Shown in pieces: positions 1 through 12,463 of a stretch of DNA of 64,000 nucleotides (its first letter is position 1; each line of letters begins with the position of its first letter). The translations under genes were made by a program, and so were the position numbers. The notes beneath the pieces were generated by a model. The model did not search any database. It saw nothing but the letters and a program-made list of their open reading frames with translations, and had not been told where the DNA came from. The DNA comes from Botryllus schlosseri. Lineage: Eukaryota. The DNA is taken from NCBI GenBank assembly GCA_051294905.1, contig CM119373.1:5334001-5398000 (forward strand). The letters are read 5' to 3'.

Positions 1-1420
1 ATGAAAAATAATGACCATAATACTTCTGTTGTCTTGAGTATGCCTGCGGTATGTATGGAGTATTATGGACTACGTTTCCAGTAGGACATCAAATCTGGGG
101 CGTATCTAGGGTGTGTTCGGATTATGTTGTCAATCGGAAACCATGTCTGCGGTATATCTGGGGTGCGTTTGGGCTGTGTTATTTCCACTCGAACATCAAG
201 ACTAGAGTGTGGCCTACGTGTCCACTTAATCATCTTCATGTCCAATAAACCAATGATGATGTCTGCGGTATGGCTGATGTATGTTGGGGCTGCGTTGGCC
301 CCCGTGGATCAGACCTGGGTCATGTCTGGGGTGTGTTTGGACTGCTTAGACACTCCGACAGCATGTCTGCAGCATATCTGGAGTATAGGCTCGGACTTCG
401 TAGTCAATCGGACATCATGTCAGGGGTGTTTACGGATTGCCTCGACACTCAGACATCATGTATGGGGCATGTCTGGGGTGAGTTTGCAATGCGCTGACAC
501 TAGGACATCGTGTTTGGGGCATGTCTGTGGTGTGCTATAACTGTGTTGTCACTCGGAAATCATGTCTGAGGCATGTCTGGGACGTGTTCGTTATTCTCTG
601 TCGACACTCAAAGATCATGTCTGGGTCATGTCGGGGGTGCGTTCGGACTGCGTTGACGCTCTGACATCATGTCTGAGGCATGTCTTGAGCTGGTTCCGAC
701 TTCGTTGCCAATCGAACATAATATCAGGGGTGTTTTAGGACTGCTTTGACACTCAGACATCATGTCTGGGGAATGTCTGGGGCATGTCTGGGGTCAGTTT
801 GAACTGCGTTGACACTCTGACATCATGTCTGAGGCATGTCTGGAGTAGCTTCCGACTTCGTTGCCAATCGAACATAATATCTGGGGTGTTTTAGGACTGC
901 TTTGACACTCAGACATCATGTCTGGGACATGTCTGGGCATGTCTGGGGTGAGTTTGAACTGCGTTGACACTCGGACATCATGTCAGAGGCATGTATGGAG
1001 TAGGTTCAGACTGCATTTCAACTCCGACTTCGTGTCTGGGCATATCGAATGTGTGTTCGAACTGCGTTGTCACCGGAATATCATGTCTGGGATATGTGTG
1101 GCGTGAGTGCTGCGGTCTTCGTTTGAGACACGAACATCATGTATGGCAAAAGTCTGGGGAGTGTTCGGACTGTGTTGACACAGGACATCATGTTTAATAA
1201 ATGTTTGGAGTATGTTCGGACAGGGTTGCAGATCGAACATCATGCCGGGTGAGTTTGGACTTCGTTTCAACTCAAACGTCATGTCTGGGTCATGTCTTGG
1301 TCATATCCGGGGGTGTTCGACCTGCGTTGCCAGTCCGACATCATGTATGAGGTATGTCTGGAGTATAAGTTCAAACTTCGTTGTACATTATTGGACATCA
1401 TTTCTGAAGCATGTCAATTT
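1..1420. repeat. Degenerate tandem satellite (~40-60 bp subunits) with a recent ~156-bp higher-order duplication
   Basis: Recurrent core GACATCATGTCTGGGGCATGTCTGG...TTCGGACTGCGTTGACACTC. TTCGTTGCCAATCGAACATAATATC occurs at 701 and 857 (period 156). Followed by TTTTTACAGTG-TA at ~1523-1535, resembling the right end of the CACTG-type element. Confidence 0.9.
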
Positions 1421-2215
1421 ACAAGCACGACAGCTTGTTATGTGCCTGCATTTGGCGTTTACAACCTCCACAAGCTTGCAGTCCGCCATTACAAGCTGAT
1501 TACAGGGTACTTTACAACAATAATTTTTACAGTGTAGTGTGATGTTGTAAGAAAATGCTTCTCTTCATTTAATCGTTGGTAATGGACTTATTGGTTCGTT
1601 TTGGAGTAGTACTGGATGGATTTACCATGTGTTCAGCTTGCTGAATCTGTCTATAATGATTCTTGAGGAAACCGCCGCTAGAACTCAGGCATTTGGAATT
1701 GGTAGGCTATTTCCTGCAAGATGCTTATAAATAGCGCAATCTTCATATAATTGCAGGGGTACCGGGAAGGGGGTCGAGTTTGACAAGCACTGTACAAGAT
1801 GGTGGTCCGGTAACCTCGTGGTCAGATTGGTATTTAGAATTTCCAATATGTTGCAGCCTTGCTGATCCTTATTTCAACAGTCCAGAGCGGCCAACCTGCA
1901 GACGTACGGTCGCATGCAGCCAATAAACAATAGGTATGCGGACCTCGTCACATAATTAAATTAGCGAGTGCGGCGGCCGTCAACATGCAATTTGGAATAC
2001 CGAATTGGCTCCCAAATCTTTTAGAGATTTTATTTTAACTTGAAAATTTTAATCACGCTTGGGGCGATTCAGGGTGACTTTGGCTTTTAATATATTAGTG
2101 TTATTTGAGCCCCACCGTACAAATGCGAACCGCGGAGGAAAATGATTCGTCCCATAACAAAATACCAAGTCGGAACCTCAATATGCAATTGAATAGTATA
2201 TTCATATTGAAATGA

Positions 2216-2249
2216 ACCCGAATATTTTCGGCTGACACTTATCAGGGGT
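2216..2249 (-). ncRNA. Minimal type I hammerhead ribozyme motif, mutated copy (CUGAUAA instead of CUGACGA)
   Basis: Minus strand reads accc-CTGATAA-g-tgtcagc-c-GAAA-atat-TC-gggt. Confidence 0.65.
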
Positions 2250-2292
2250 AATCGTCAGCAACTAGTAGAGAATTGAAAAAATAAACATTGTA

Positions 2293-3254
2293 GGGGAGAT
2301 GTGGTACCGATGGATCAAAAATTGGAAAATGATCGCTGGCCCCAAAATGTTCAGCCGAAAACAGAAGATCTTTTGCTGGCTCAGCACTTTGATACAAGCT
2401 CTACCTATCGCGCACATATACATGAATATCCGTCCTTTCAAAAAATATTTATGGACGTTTAAAATTTGTTGCTCGAACGTGTCATCGGTCCCCACCCGGT
2501 GGGTCCAATGGCACACGACCCGGGGACCTATGACACATATACCCTAAAAAACTCAGATGTGTCAAGTTTTCTTGCTCAGTATTATAATCTAAGCTACAGC
2601 AAGCCAAAGAAGAATTTTCGGTCGCAACCGTCAAAAAATACATTAAATATTGACTCAAATGTTGTCATAAAATCACGTTTCGATTTAGGCTCGGACTTAT
2701 AAATTTGAGGGTACATACATATTGCCGGAAAATCGACAATGTGACTTCCAAAGACCTCGTTATAGCGATAAAACATCATATGCAATTATTACATAAAGAT
2801 TTTCTGTACGTAGTCATGTTTCATTTGTTTCGTGATTAGTATGCTTGATTATTTTGCTTGATTTGGCTATTGTATCATCGGTCCCCACCCTACTAATTTT
2901 GTACATGAATCGAAAAAAATTCCACTCAAGGAAAGTACTGAAAAAAATAATAGGTTCCATTATATAGCCTGATACAAGCCCTAAACTTCACAATAAAAAT
3001 GATTGCTGGTTTGTTCGTGTTGAAGGTTACAAAGAAAAATGTGTATGTCGATCTAAATTTAGTTTACACCCCCCAAAACAAAAAACATCTGTGAGAGACC
3101 CCATAGTTCTCGCACGTCGAATTTTTTTGTATGTGTGGAAAGATGTTGCCAGCATGCAATTGTAGACAAGTTCACGGAGTGTAATCATGGAATTATCATA
3201 GAGAATTTTCAAAGTATTTTCGGTCCCAGTGATCCATCGGTACCACATCTCCCC
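2293..3254. mobile_element. Non-autonomous TIR element with TA TSD (probably Tc1/mariner-pogo superfamily), copy 1
   Basis: TA|GGGGAGATGTGGTACCGATGGATCA ... TGATCCATCGGTACCACATCTCCCC|TA. Opposite-orientation copy at 30504-32255. Confidence 0.9.
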
Positions 3255-4919
3255 TATATCAACAATAGTATCGCACAATATGAGGCCATCAGCATGAAAT
3301 TTCGAATGAAACCGTGTGCGTCTCACGAATGAGGGTTTTACTGGTACGTTTGAATGATTCCAATAAATATTTCGACTGGGTCCACATACCTGATGGGAGG
3401 TCAAAAATAACAATATGCAACAAAGTCATCATTAATTTTCGGATTCGTTTCAGTTACATTCGATCAAGATCAGTTATAATAAAGCTATTTACGATGAATT
3501 GCGTCATCAACGGTGAGGTTCGGCCCGTCTGCGCCTTACCTCTCGTTTCGCGCTATTTTCGAGCAATAAATATGCAAATTGTTCGATTTTGGGAGAAAAA
3601 TGTTCAAAATCTTATCACTCATGAACATCGATAGAAAATACCAATAGTATTTGAAGGTTTCACAATTTTTGCTCACTCATCCTGACCACAGATCCGGTAC
3701 TGCCTCACTTGCCTCCCATAACCCGACGTCACTGATGTCGGCAATCACAGCTTAGAGGGGGTATGCTTATATACTGCTCTACTGGCCATGTTTGGCTCCA
3801 CCTACTCATGTAATCATAGGTTCTTGCATTCACGAGCCTCACGACGAACTCGCAACTCAAGTTTCGCATGCTTGAATAACGCAACCTGCATGACTAGCAC
3901 GACATTTAATAGAGAAGATGAGGCTCACATGAGGAATCCCATGACTGAGTTCGAATTAGTGCTACCATAGCGTCTCGAATTTTCAATTGTGACGTAACAT
4001 TTGATGGGCATGTATGGCTCTTTGGGAGAGAAAATGGGAAAAATAGGGCCGATATGGCTCTCAGGATGAAAAAGGTTCCAGACCCCTGATACCTATTCGG
4101 CTGCATACAGGGTAAGGCAAACTGAACCCGCATCTCCACAGAATAGGATGTCACGATACATAGTTGTGCGATAAGATACATATTAAAACCCGGTGTTTTC
4201 CGTGCTAATACTCTTCAGGAGCAATCGTCAGCAAACAAAGAATTTAAAAAACTTCCCTCTAACTCAGACCTGGGCATAGTGCGGCCCGCGAAGCCATTCT
4301 GTGCGTCCTGCGAAAGGTTGCGGTGAATTCATAACATTAAAACTGCTTTTTGAAATTTTGCTGCGTGGACTAAAACCACATAGGCTGTATATCAACTAAA
4401 CAGGAACTTCGTTTACTTCGAAGCCTGTTCATTACTATGCCACGAATACGTTGCCTACGTACCTCGCATGCGTAATCCAGATTTAAAGTAAAGGAATGTG
4501 ACAAAGTATGAGTAACAGTTAAAGTCACAAGAAATCAATCTTTCCATATTGCTTAGGTCAGCCAATCGCTAGACGTCGTCGAGTACGGTCGTCTCTTGAT
4601 TAGCTCTTGTCTGCTCTATTAAACCACCGAGTCGTGCAGACAGAGTCGCTTTGTCATATCATTACCTAACCGTAGCAGTTAAGAACCAATAGATACAGTA
4701 GTCTGAGTAGTCTAGTCAGTAGTTCTCCAACTCCTCTTGTAGGAAATGGAGAACATGGACGCAGATAAATCTAGTCTTATGAAGCGCAAGAAGTGTATAC
4801 AGCTGTGATAAGTGTAGCGCAAGAAGCTGAGAGTGACTCCGATGAAAATGGAAATGGTGCTAAGGTTATAGCTAGAGACTACGCAACTACGCCTAACAAT
4901 CCGGACCCTTGTCCTAAAG

Positions 4920-6358
4920 CAGAGGTCTCAAACCCAAACGTGCTCGCGGGCCAATTTCCTAGTTTTGATGACGTCGCGGGCCGCAGCATCAATAATAGAG
5001 ATTTTCAATGTATAGGCTAATTCCTAAGTAGGCCTTATTTGACTGTACCTTGCGGACAGGCATTCCACAAACATCGTGGAAATGTAATTTACTATTGTAC
5101 TATTTCCGCCTGATACGGAAAAAATCACATTTTTAAATATTTGAATAAAATTGATTTTGTGCCGGGCATAACTTTTTCAATTATTGAGTTATAAACATCA
5201 TGCGAGAGGATGCATCATGACATCGTAAAATAGCCGGGTTATAATATTCCAGCTAGTGGGCCTTTGACGTGCCACAATTTTATGTAGATTATTTTACAAT
5301 CTACTGATGATTGAGCTGATATCAGAGCATTTGAGAGGTGTAGCCTAATCTTGGTTTTGATATACCGGTAGTCGTGAATCGTGATAAGTATCGGCTATTG
5401 TTACTGTCCTTGTCAAACTCAAATTAAATCAGCGTTAGATTATGCCTTCCATTGTTGGAACATATCAATAACAACTTAAATATAATCATTATTGAGCAAT
5501 AGTTAGAACATTGCTTCTTTATCAGTTTAGCGATCGTACCCTTTTTGCTTCCAATAAGATTTCTCGGAGCCCCTGTTCATTTTCAACACATGCAATTTCT
5601 GATGGTACCTAGGCTATATTAAATCAAAAAGCCCATTCACATAAAATCGCGCGTGGCGCGAAGACTATTTTCCGGTTGAATAAATTAGTCAAGAAGATAT
5701 GTCACAGGTGTAGAGTGTACTACTATACCGTACTCGCCACCGATAATAACATGGATAAAGAGAACAAACAACACCCAGCATGTAACCAACTAGGCCTATA
5801 CGTCACAGGGGTCACAGAATACCAATGGTTGTCACACTGACCTGATTAGATAACTATATACATAAAGCAACGCAAGCTACTAACTTTTGATATATTACTA
5901 TTCCTCATGGCAGTTTCACAGATTGTTGCGTCCGCAGGATTACCAAGTCACCGTTCCGAGTCGCAAGTGCTTCTCTGATTTTAACGTTTGACCCGACTCA
6001 ACTCGAGTCATTTTTTTTAATCCCCCAGTCAATCCGAAATCGAGTAATTTTACGAGAAGGTCACTCCAAACTAAATCTCAACTTTCAGTCACGAATCATC
6101 AACGGGTCATGTTTTATCATCATAAACTAGAAATGTGACGTAATCGATGATCTACCGCATGGTAGCTTATAAAAGTGTTGTTATAGTGAAGTTTGTTGAG
6201 GTTTCAGTGATTTATATAGTATAGCTTCAGCGTAAAATTTAATATCTTATATTTAAAAAATATATATGGCACTTGAATATATTGTTGAATACTTGAAATT
6301 CCGAAATGCCGTCGCGGGCCGCACCAAATGCTCTCGCGGGCCGCGTGTTTGAGACCTC
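4920..6358. mobile_element. hAT (Charlie/Buster-like) non-autonomous element inserted in LINE ORF1
   Basis: CAGAGGTCTCAAAC...GCGGGCC at the left and GCGGGCCGCGTGTTTGAGACCTC at the right. The right end and TSD are partly deleted (TAAAG retained on both sides). Confidence 0.8.
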
Positions 6359-6579
6359 TAAAGTTACATTTCCATCGCAAGGATCTTCTGCCGTGCCGTC
6401 TTCCGTCCCTGTCTCGGGAAATCTCAAGGTTTGGCTCAGTGGAGAGGGTAGACTTATGAAATCGTATCACCCAGAATTGGTCAATAAGGCACGCTATGCG
6501 TCAATATATAAGGCCTATAGGCAGCTATGCTGATATCAAGGTTCTTCGCTCGGGTGACATCCTTGTCACTTGTAACATC

Positions 6580-7865
6580 CAGAGGTGGTCAAAGTAGTCA
6601 AGAAAGCTACTCAAGTAGAAGCAGAAGTAGCGACGGAAAAATCTACTCAAGTACGAGTAGAAGTACTTTTTCCATAAGCAACCTAAAACTACTTGAAGTA
6701 GAAGTAGAATCGACTGACTTTATATCTACTCAAGTAAGTAAGTAGCTATGAAAACGATCATAATTCGTTCACATGGATTGTCATGAGGTGCAAATTGAGC
6801 AATGCGAAAGGTGCCGAGCTTGATTCATTTTGATGTATACCAGGAGGTATTTAATTTTCGACAGCATACGCATTCGTCCGCATCATGGGATGAAAATGAT
6901 AGTATTGATATGGAAATGCGATACTAATCCTCTGTTTAATCGAACTAGAAATCGTTCTAGAAAGTATCATGGTATGGTGGCCGTTGTGTAGTCGAAGAGC
7001 AATACGGAGAAGTTGTATAGGATACGGTATCAGCACTTTGCGCGATTAGTAGACATGAATAAAAAATATGGTGGATCATGAAAATGCCATATTGTGTAGC
7101 TTTATTTCCGGAAATTAATGGCATTACTACATTTGCTTTTATACTTCAACATGGCATTTTATCGAGACAAAATAACTGATATTGATTATATCTCAAAGTA
7201 TATGATACTGGAAATTGAAAGTGTAATGTAAGCTAAATAGCACTTCTAAAAGCGGGATATGTATTTCATGTCTAAAGACAGAAAGTTTCAAAGGTGGTAT
7301 GCTAAAACAGCTCTAAAACTAAAAAAGTCAGAGTTGACTTTTCCAGATTAGGACACACTATGGACTGCTAGATTACGATATCATAAGTAGATGCTACATT
7401 GCGAAACATCAGTTTCAAACGTTATGATGAGCCATACATATATACTGTGGTGAAATATTCCATATGGGCAATGGGAGACAATACGGTGTGAACGGAACCA
7501 CGCCAACCCGCTACCCAAATTATATTTACCGATACTTTCGTGAAATCATACTGGCTACTCCGTATCCTCTGAGCGCGAAGCGCGACGAAAATTTTTCGCT
7601 TTACTCAGCTTTTATGAAAAATTACATGTTGATACTCCGTGAAAACAGCCCCGAAATTGCTCAGGCTATATTCCTGATGAAAGGATTAAACTACTTCTAC
7701 TTGACAAACTGAAAATAGCGAAAAGTAAGTAAGTGGATCACAAAAAATTACGAAGTAGAAGTAGAAGTAGCGAAAATCCTATCTACTTGAGTAAGTACCA
7801 GAAGTAGAGGGAAACTACTTGAGTACTTCGAAAAAGTAGAAGTACTTCGTTACTGACCACCTCTG
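6580..7865. mobile_element. hAT non-autonomous element with AGTAGA-rich subterminal repeats
   Basis: TIR CAGAGGTGGTCA/TGACCACCTCTG and perfect 8-bp TSD GTAACATC. Relatives at 12712-13232, 28329-28594 and 35045-35208. Confidence 0.92.
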
Positions 7866-7951
7866 GTAACATCAAGGTTTTTCGCTCGGGTGACGTCCTT
7901 ATCACTTGTAACAACGAAAAGCAAGCAAAGCAGCTCCTTGATTGCACCACT

Positions 7952-8420
7952 TTGAAGTCAGCATCGACAACCATAAAAATTAAGACATCAATCTTTCTAC
8001 CCAGACCGTACCTAAGTCGCGCAGTTATCCCCGGAGTACCTGTCGAAATATCGGAACAGGAGCTCTTAGAAAGTTTTGGCAGCATGAATGTAATTCATGT
8101 TAAAAGGCTCACCAAAAAAACGAAAGATGGCACTGTTAGTACAACTGCAGGTCTGCTGTCTTTCAGCACGGTCACGATTCCAACGCACGTTATGTTCCAC
8201 TATCTCCGTTTTAAAACCAGACAATACAATCCACCGTCAACGAGATGCTTCCAATGCAATCGCTTTGGGGATGTCGCCAAGCACTGTCGCGGAAAACGTT
8301 GCTGCTCCAAATGCGGTGGCCGTGATCACACGCACGACGATTGTTCAAACAACAAAAATGTGTAAATTGCAACGAGGAACACAGCGCTGCATATGGTGGT
8401 TGCATAATATATAAGGAAGA
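7952..8420 (+). pseudogene. LINE ORF1 (gag-like, CCHC knuckles) fragment, frameshifted
   Basis: ORFs 7952..8365 and 8341..8619 carry the three CX2C knuckles across a frameshift. Confidence 0.85.
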
Positions 8421-8944
8421 AGCAAAAATTATTGCTCAGAAAGAGGGATATCATATGTCCCTCACACAACCTAGGGAAAATCCCGAGTCCATGTCCGAGT
8501 ACCACGAGTCAGTAATCGTAGACGATCCTGACTCCAACAGACTTAACGCACACACGATCTCAAAGCCATACTCCCAGCGGCTTAGTTATAAGAATATATC
8601 AACCCGTGGTCGGAGTTGAAGGCCTACCACCCCACAGCTCAACGACGGTGACCTGCGCCACTGGCGACAACCACCACCCACTCGAACTGCTGCCAACCCC
8701 ACGGTCGAAACCGCAACAAGCGGGCTTGCTTCTATTGACCCCGTAGTCCTCCTTGCACTCATTGCGGAAATCGTTAAGATAACTGTACATGCTTGCAAAT
8801 CTAGCGAAAGTGGTACTGTTCTACATAATATTGCAGCCAAAGCTGCCAGCAAATATTTGGGATTTTCTGTTGACCTTAGTCTCTCTAAAAAATGTCACAA
8901 AATGTTGTCGAGTCTCTGAATAATCTTGTCCTGGAAAGAAAAAC

Positions 8945-9600
8945 TCTTCCAGATTTGCGTCCATGGCTGATGCAATCACCTAATATTGATTTAGACCTTG
9001 CAAAAATCATTAAAAAGATATCACACCTCTGTCACATAAACCCATAGTTCTGGACTTCATATTCGAACGATATAACGATGCCACCGAAGTATGCACTGAC
9101 GGCTCTAAATCAGCAGAGAGAGACGGTTTTGCATTTACCATCCCGTCGCTGATGATGAACTTTTCCCAGCCGCGTTCCACCCTTTGGCTTGTTGTCAATC
9201 TTCTCCGTCAATCTTCTCCATAGAAGCACAAGCCATTCTCCACGCTCTAAAATGGATCTGCCAGAATGGCTCATACCATCAAACATATCTGATTCTCTAG
9301 GACAGTCTGAGCGTGCTATGCGCTATGACCAACTTGCAGGCACAGCAAACGCAGAATGTTATATTTGAATGTGGTCGCTTGCTGAATCAAGCGGTTCAGA
9401 GAGGCGCCATCGTTGTCCTGGCCTGGGTACCGGGGCATGCTGATATCGGTGGTAATGAGTTAGCCGATAAATTGGCTTGGCAAGCTGCCAGGACCGATAC
9501 CCCTTCTCAGATGCTTCCAGACGAAATTAGCCACGCTCTCCTTCTCAGATGCTTCCAGACGAAATCAGCCACGCTGAGGCGAAAGCAAAAGTACGCCAAT
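8945..9600 (+). pseudogene. LINE ORF2 RNase H domain fragment
   Basis: TDGS, E-x-x-AI, DS and WVPGH-x-GNE-x-AD catalytic motifs occur in order. Confidence 0.9.
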
Positions 9601-11703
9601 ACTGTAGAGCAGCGGTGGGGAAACTACGGCCCGCGGGCCGCATGCGGCCCTCCACATCGTTCTGTGTTACATACAATATATGTAGGCCTATTAAACATCC
9701 TATGCTATTATACGGCTTCTCAGTTAAACAATTCAAAATATTTAGACCTCTATACCAATATTATATATACCTAAGGTATTGATCATTCTGTCATGCTGCC
9801 AAGTGCCACTACCCGAATAAAAATGATCAAACAGCTCCTGCTGAGGATGCAACAAACTGTCTGGATTACCCTACGTGATTGATTGCCTGGATTGGATTAC
9901 TTTACTGTTTGGCACATTGCAAATATCTTGAGTTTCAAGACATGGCTTTACTACATGTATGCGAATTAATGATCTGATGGATTATCCGAAGAGATCCGAA
10001 CATAGACAAGAAATTGATGATGCCCTCGTAAAAAACTCAGCCGGGAGTTAATCACCACATAAAATTTGGTCATGCGGTAAAAGGCAGTGTGGTTTCATGC
10101 CGACAAAAATGTCAGCAGATGATCTGACCACTGACTAACTGTCCTGAACTTCTTTCCCGATGCTGATGTCTTCTTTGAAAATATTATTTCATTTGCGTAC
10201 AGCACGATGAGCGCTCTTCCGTAATAGATGCTTTGAATCTGTCTAGACAAGTGGCTATGGAGGCAGAGGAAAAGACATGGGCATAAAGTGTCGGCAGTTA
10301 TTGAACTTGATAAGGTTGACATGCATTCTTGAACTTCTTTTTGTGCCAACGCGCTTTACGATGGTAAGTTACCACCACCAACAATCCCGCGAAACGTCTT
10401 TGTTGAACTTTTACAAGCCGCAACCTGTTCCGTGGAGTTTAGCTTTCACGAGGACATGTTTCGCCAAATAGACGGCGTGGCGATGGTAACCTATTTTGGC
10501 CAACATTTTCGTAGGATATTACGAGGGCGAGCTTCTCTCCCAGCGTGAGTCTGTCAAACCACTATTGTACCGCCGATATGTAGATGATACTTTTGTCATT
10601 TTCAGGAATGAGTCGCAGTGTAATCAATTTCTCATTCGCTTAAACTCGCTTCACCCGGCCTTACAATTCACAATAGAAAAAAAAACGCAATAACTCATTA
10701 TCATTTCCGTACGTTTTAGTCGAAAAGCGCAATACCAACAAATTTGAAACGTCTGTTTTCAGGAAACCGACATTCACAGGACAATACCTTCGCTGGAATT
10801 CATTTAGTCCTCGACGCAGAAAAATTAACCTCATATGCACCCTCTTGCATAGAGCGTTGATGATATGTTCGGGTAACAAACTGAGTTTAGAACTTGACAA
10901 CATCCGAAAAATCTTACTGGATTACGGTTACCCTGAACACGTCATCAGCCGCGGCATGGAGCGGAAATTAACGCAATTCAACGCAGAAAAACCAACAGAG
11001 CCCACCGAACGAACAGTAAAAGATGTTTATATCCATCTACCTTGGATTGGCCCCATTTCCACCCACTTTGAAAAACAATTGATTTCTGCGGTCAGTAAGT
11101 GTTACGACACAGTCAAAACCAATGTGATTTTTACAACAACACAACTGCTCCCTTCAACACGCAAAGACGCTCTCCCTGCACTTCAACAAAGTAAGGCAGT
11201 GTACGAATATAAGTGCCACTTTGAGTGTGGCTACGTGGGAAGAACGTCAAAACGTCTGCAGGAACGCATAAGCCAACATGTCCCGAGATTCATCAGAACA
11301 CGTGCTTCACGCTCAGTGAAAAACTCACCCTTAACTCATCCGCTTTAGATTGATGCTGATCGATCAAAGGCCATCAATTCTGCCATCGGAAAACATCTGT
11401 TAGATAATCCGATTTGTGCGAATAATTATCGAGACGACCGATTTCGAATCGTTGGGCGAGCCCGTTCACAATTCCATTTGTGTGCCTTGGAGTCGACTTT
11501 TACCAAAATACACCAACGAAAACTCTGTCAACAAGTCGACTTTTATCAAAATACACCAACCAAAACCCTGGCAACAAAAGGAGTTCGTGTACCACCTAAA
11601 AATAGTACATTGAACACTCTCTCATTCACGAAATTTCATGCTGGTGACGTCATATTTTGTGATACGATTGTTGATATACAATGTTCTTTCCATTTCTCTA
11701 CTG

Positions 11704-12408
11704 CAGGGCCGGCCAACCCGTGGCCCGCGAGAAGGTTTTGAGTGGCCCGCGAGGTAATTTCCGAAATCTCTAATGTTATCAAAAATGGATTGCACAGATT
11801 GTGAACTTGTGAGGCCAACCAAATATTTGATTAGTCTGGCCGCAACACTTTAGATGAGATGACTAAAATATCAGTTCCGACGCATTGGCAGATTCATGAG
11901 TCCGTCACATATTGGTAGATATACGTAGCCTACATTAAAGCGCAATAGTTTACGATTGATTTACCAAAAGTAAAAATTTTCTGCACGCTTCGCGCAACAT
12001 GTTGTCACTCGATTTCTTGCTTTTAATATTGTTGCCCCTTTGTGAAAATGAAAGAACGCCTAATGCATCAGATTGAATCTAACTATATTCACGATTACGA
12101 GACAGAGTGTCGTTCAACATATGCGACTTTACGTTTGCACTCGCAGAAAGACCGTCGACTATGAAACCTAGGCACAAATTGATTGACACATGTAGGTCGA
12201 AACTTTCGATATCGATATGTCCAGACGCCAATAGTCCAGTCCTTGCAAACAGAGCCCGGCGATATGCAGCAGGCCCGCAATAAAGTCGGGTGACAATATT
12301 ATTGACTTGTGAACTTCAAAAAATTTTCGCGCTTCGTGCGGCTAGTGGCCCGCGCAACAGTTCGTCAATCGAATGTAGCCCTTTGGCTAAAAAGGTTTGC
12401 CAGCCCTG
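11704..12408. mobile_element. hAT (Charlie-like) MITE inserted in the Penelope 3' region
   Basis: CAGGGCCGGCCAACC ... GGTTTGCCAGCCCTG with TSD CTCTACTG/CTCTACTC. Its right part is homologous to 17976-18230. Confidence 0.88.
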
Positions 12409-12429
12409 CTCTACTCGTTGCTGACGATT

Positions 12430-12463
12430 ACCCCTGACGAGTGTCAGCCCAAAATATTCGGGT
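12430..12463 (+). ncRNA. Minimal type I hammerhead ribozyme motif in the Penelope terminal region (G12 mutated to C)
   Basis: accc-CTGACGA-g-tgtcagc-c-CAAA-atat-TC-gggt: helix I accc/gggt and palindromic helix III AATATT. Confidence 0.7.

Larger units (their letters stand above)
2172..3312 (-). mobile_element. 3' fragment of a Penelope-like element (terminal region), split by a TA-TSD MITE
   Basis: 2172-2290 and 3255-3312 are the reverse complement of the 3' region of the Penelope element at 11625-11700 plus 12409-12505. Confidence 0.8.
4558..9609 (+). mobile_element. Decayed I-group (I/Nimb-like) non-LTR retrotransposon, internally deleted and interrupted by two hAT MITEs
   Basis: ORF1 starts ~4746 and continues at 6360-6579 and 7866-8900, with three zinc knuckles (CFQCNRFGDVAKHC, CSKCGGRDHTHDDC, CVNCNEEHSAAYGGC). 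RNase H motifs at 9085-9480 (CTDGSKS, IEAQAI, DSLS, WVPGHADIGGNELADKLA). Frameshifts are present. The 5' boundary is approximate. Confidence 0.85.

Noticed and set aside
1..1420. CRISPR-like array or Cys-rich ORFs in the tandem repeat
   Set aside because: Units are degenerate along their whole length, with no constant repeat and unique spacers. There are no cas genes, the context is eukaryotic, and the ORFs are repeat translations.
3788..3970. ORF starting MFGSTYSC as a gene
   Set aside because: Only a short relic of the hAT FGSTYxCE motif, with no continuous transposase.
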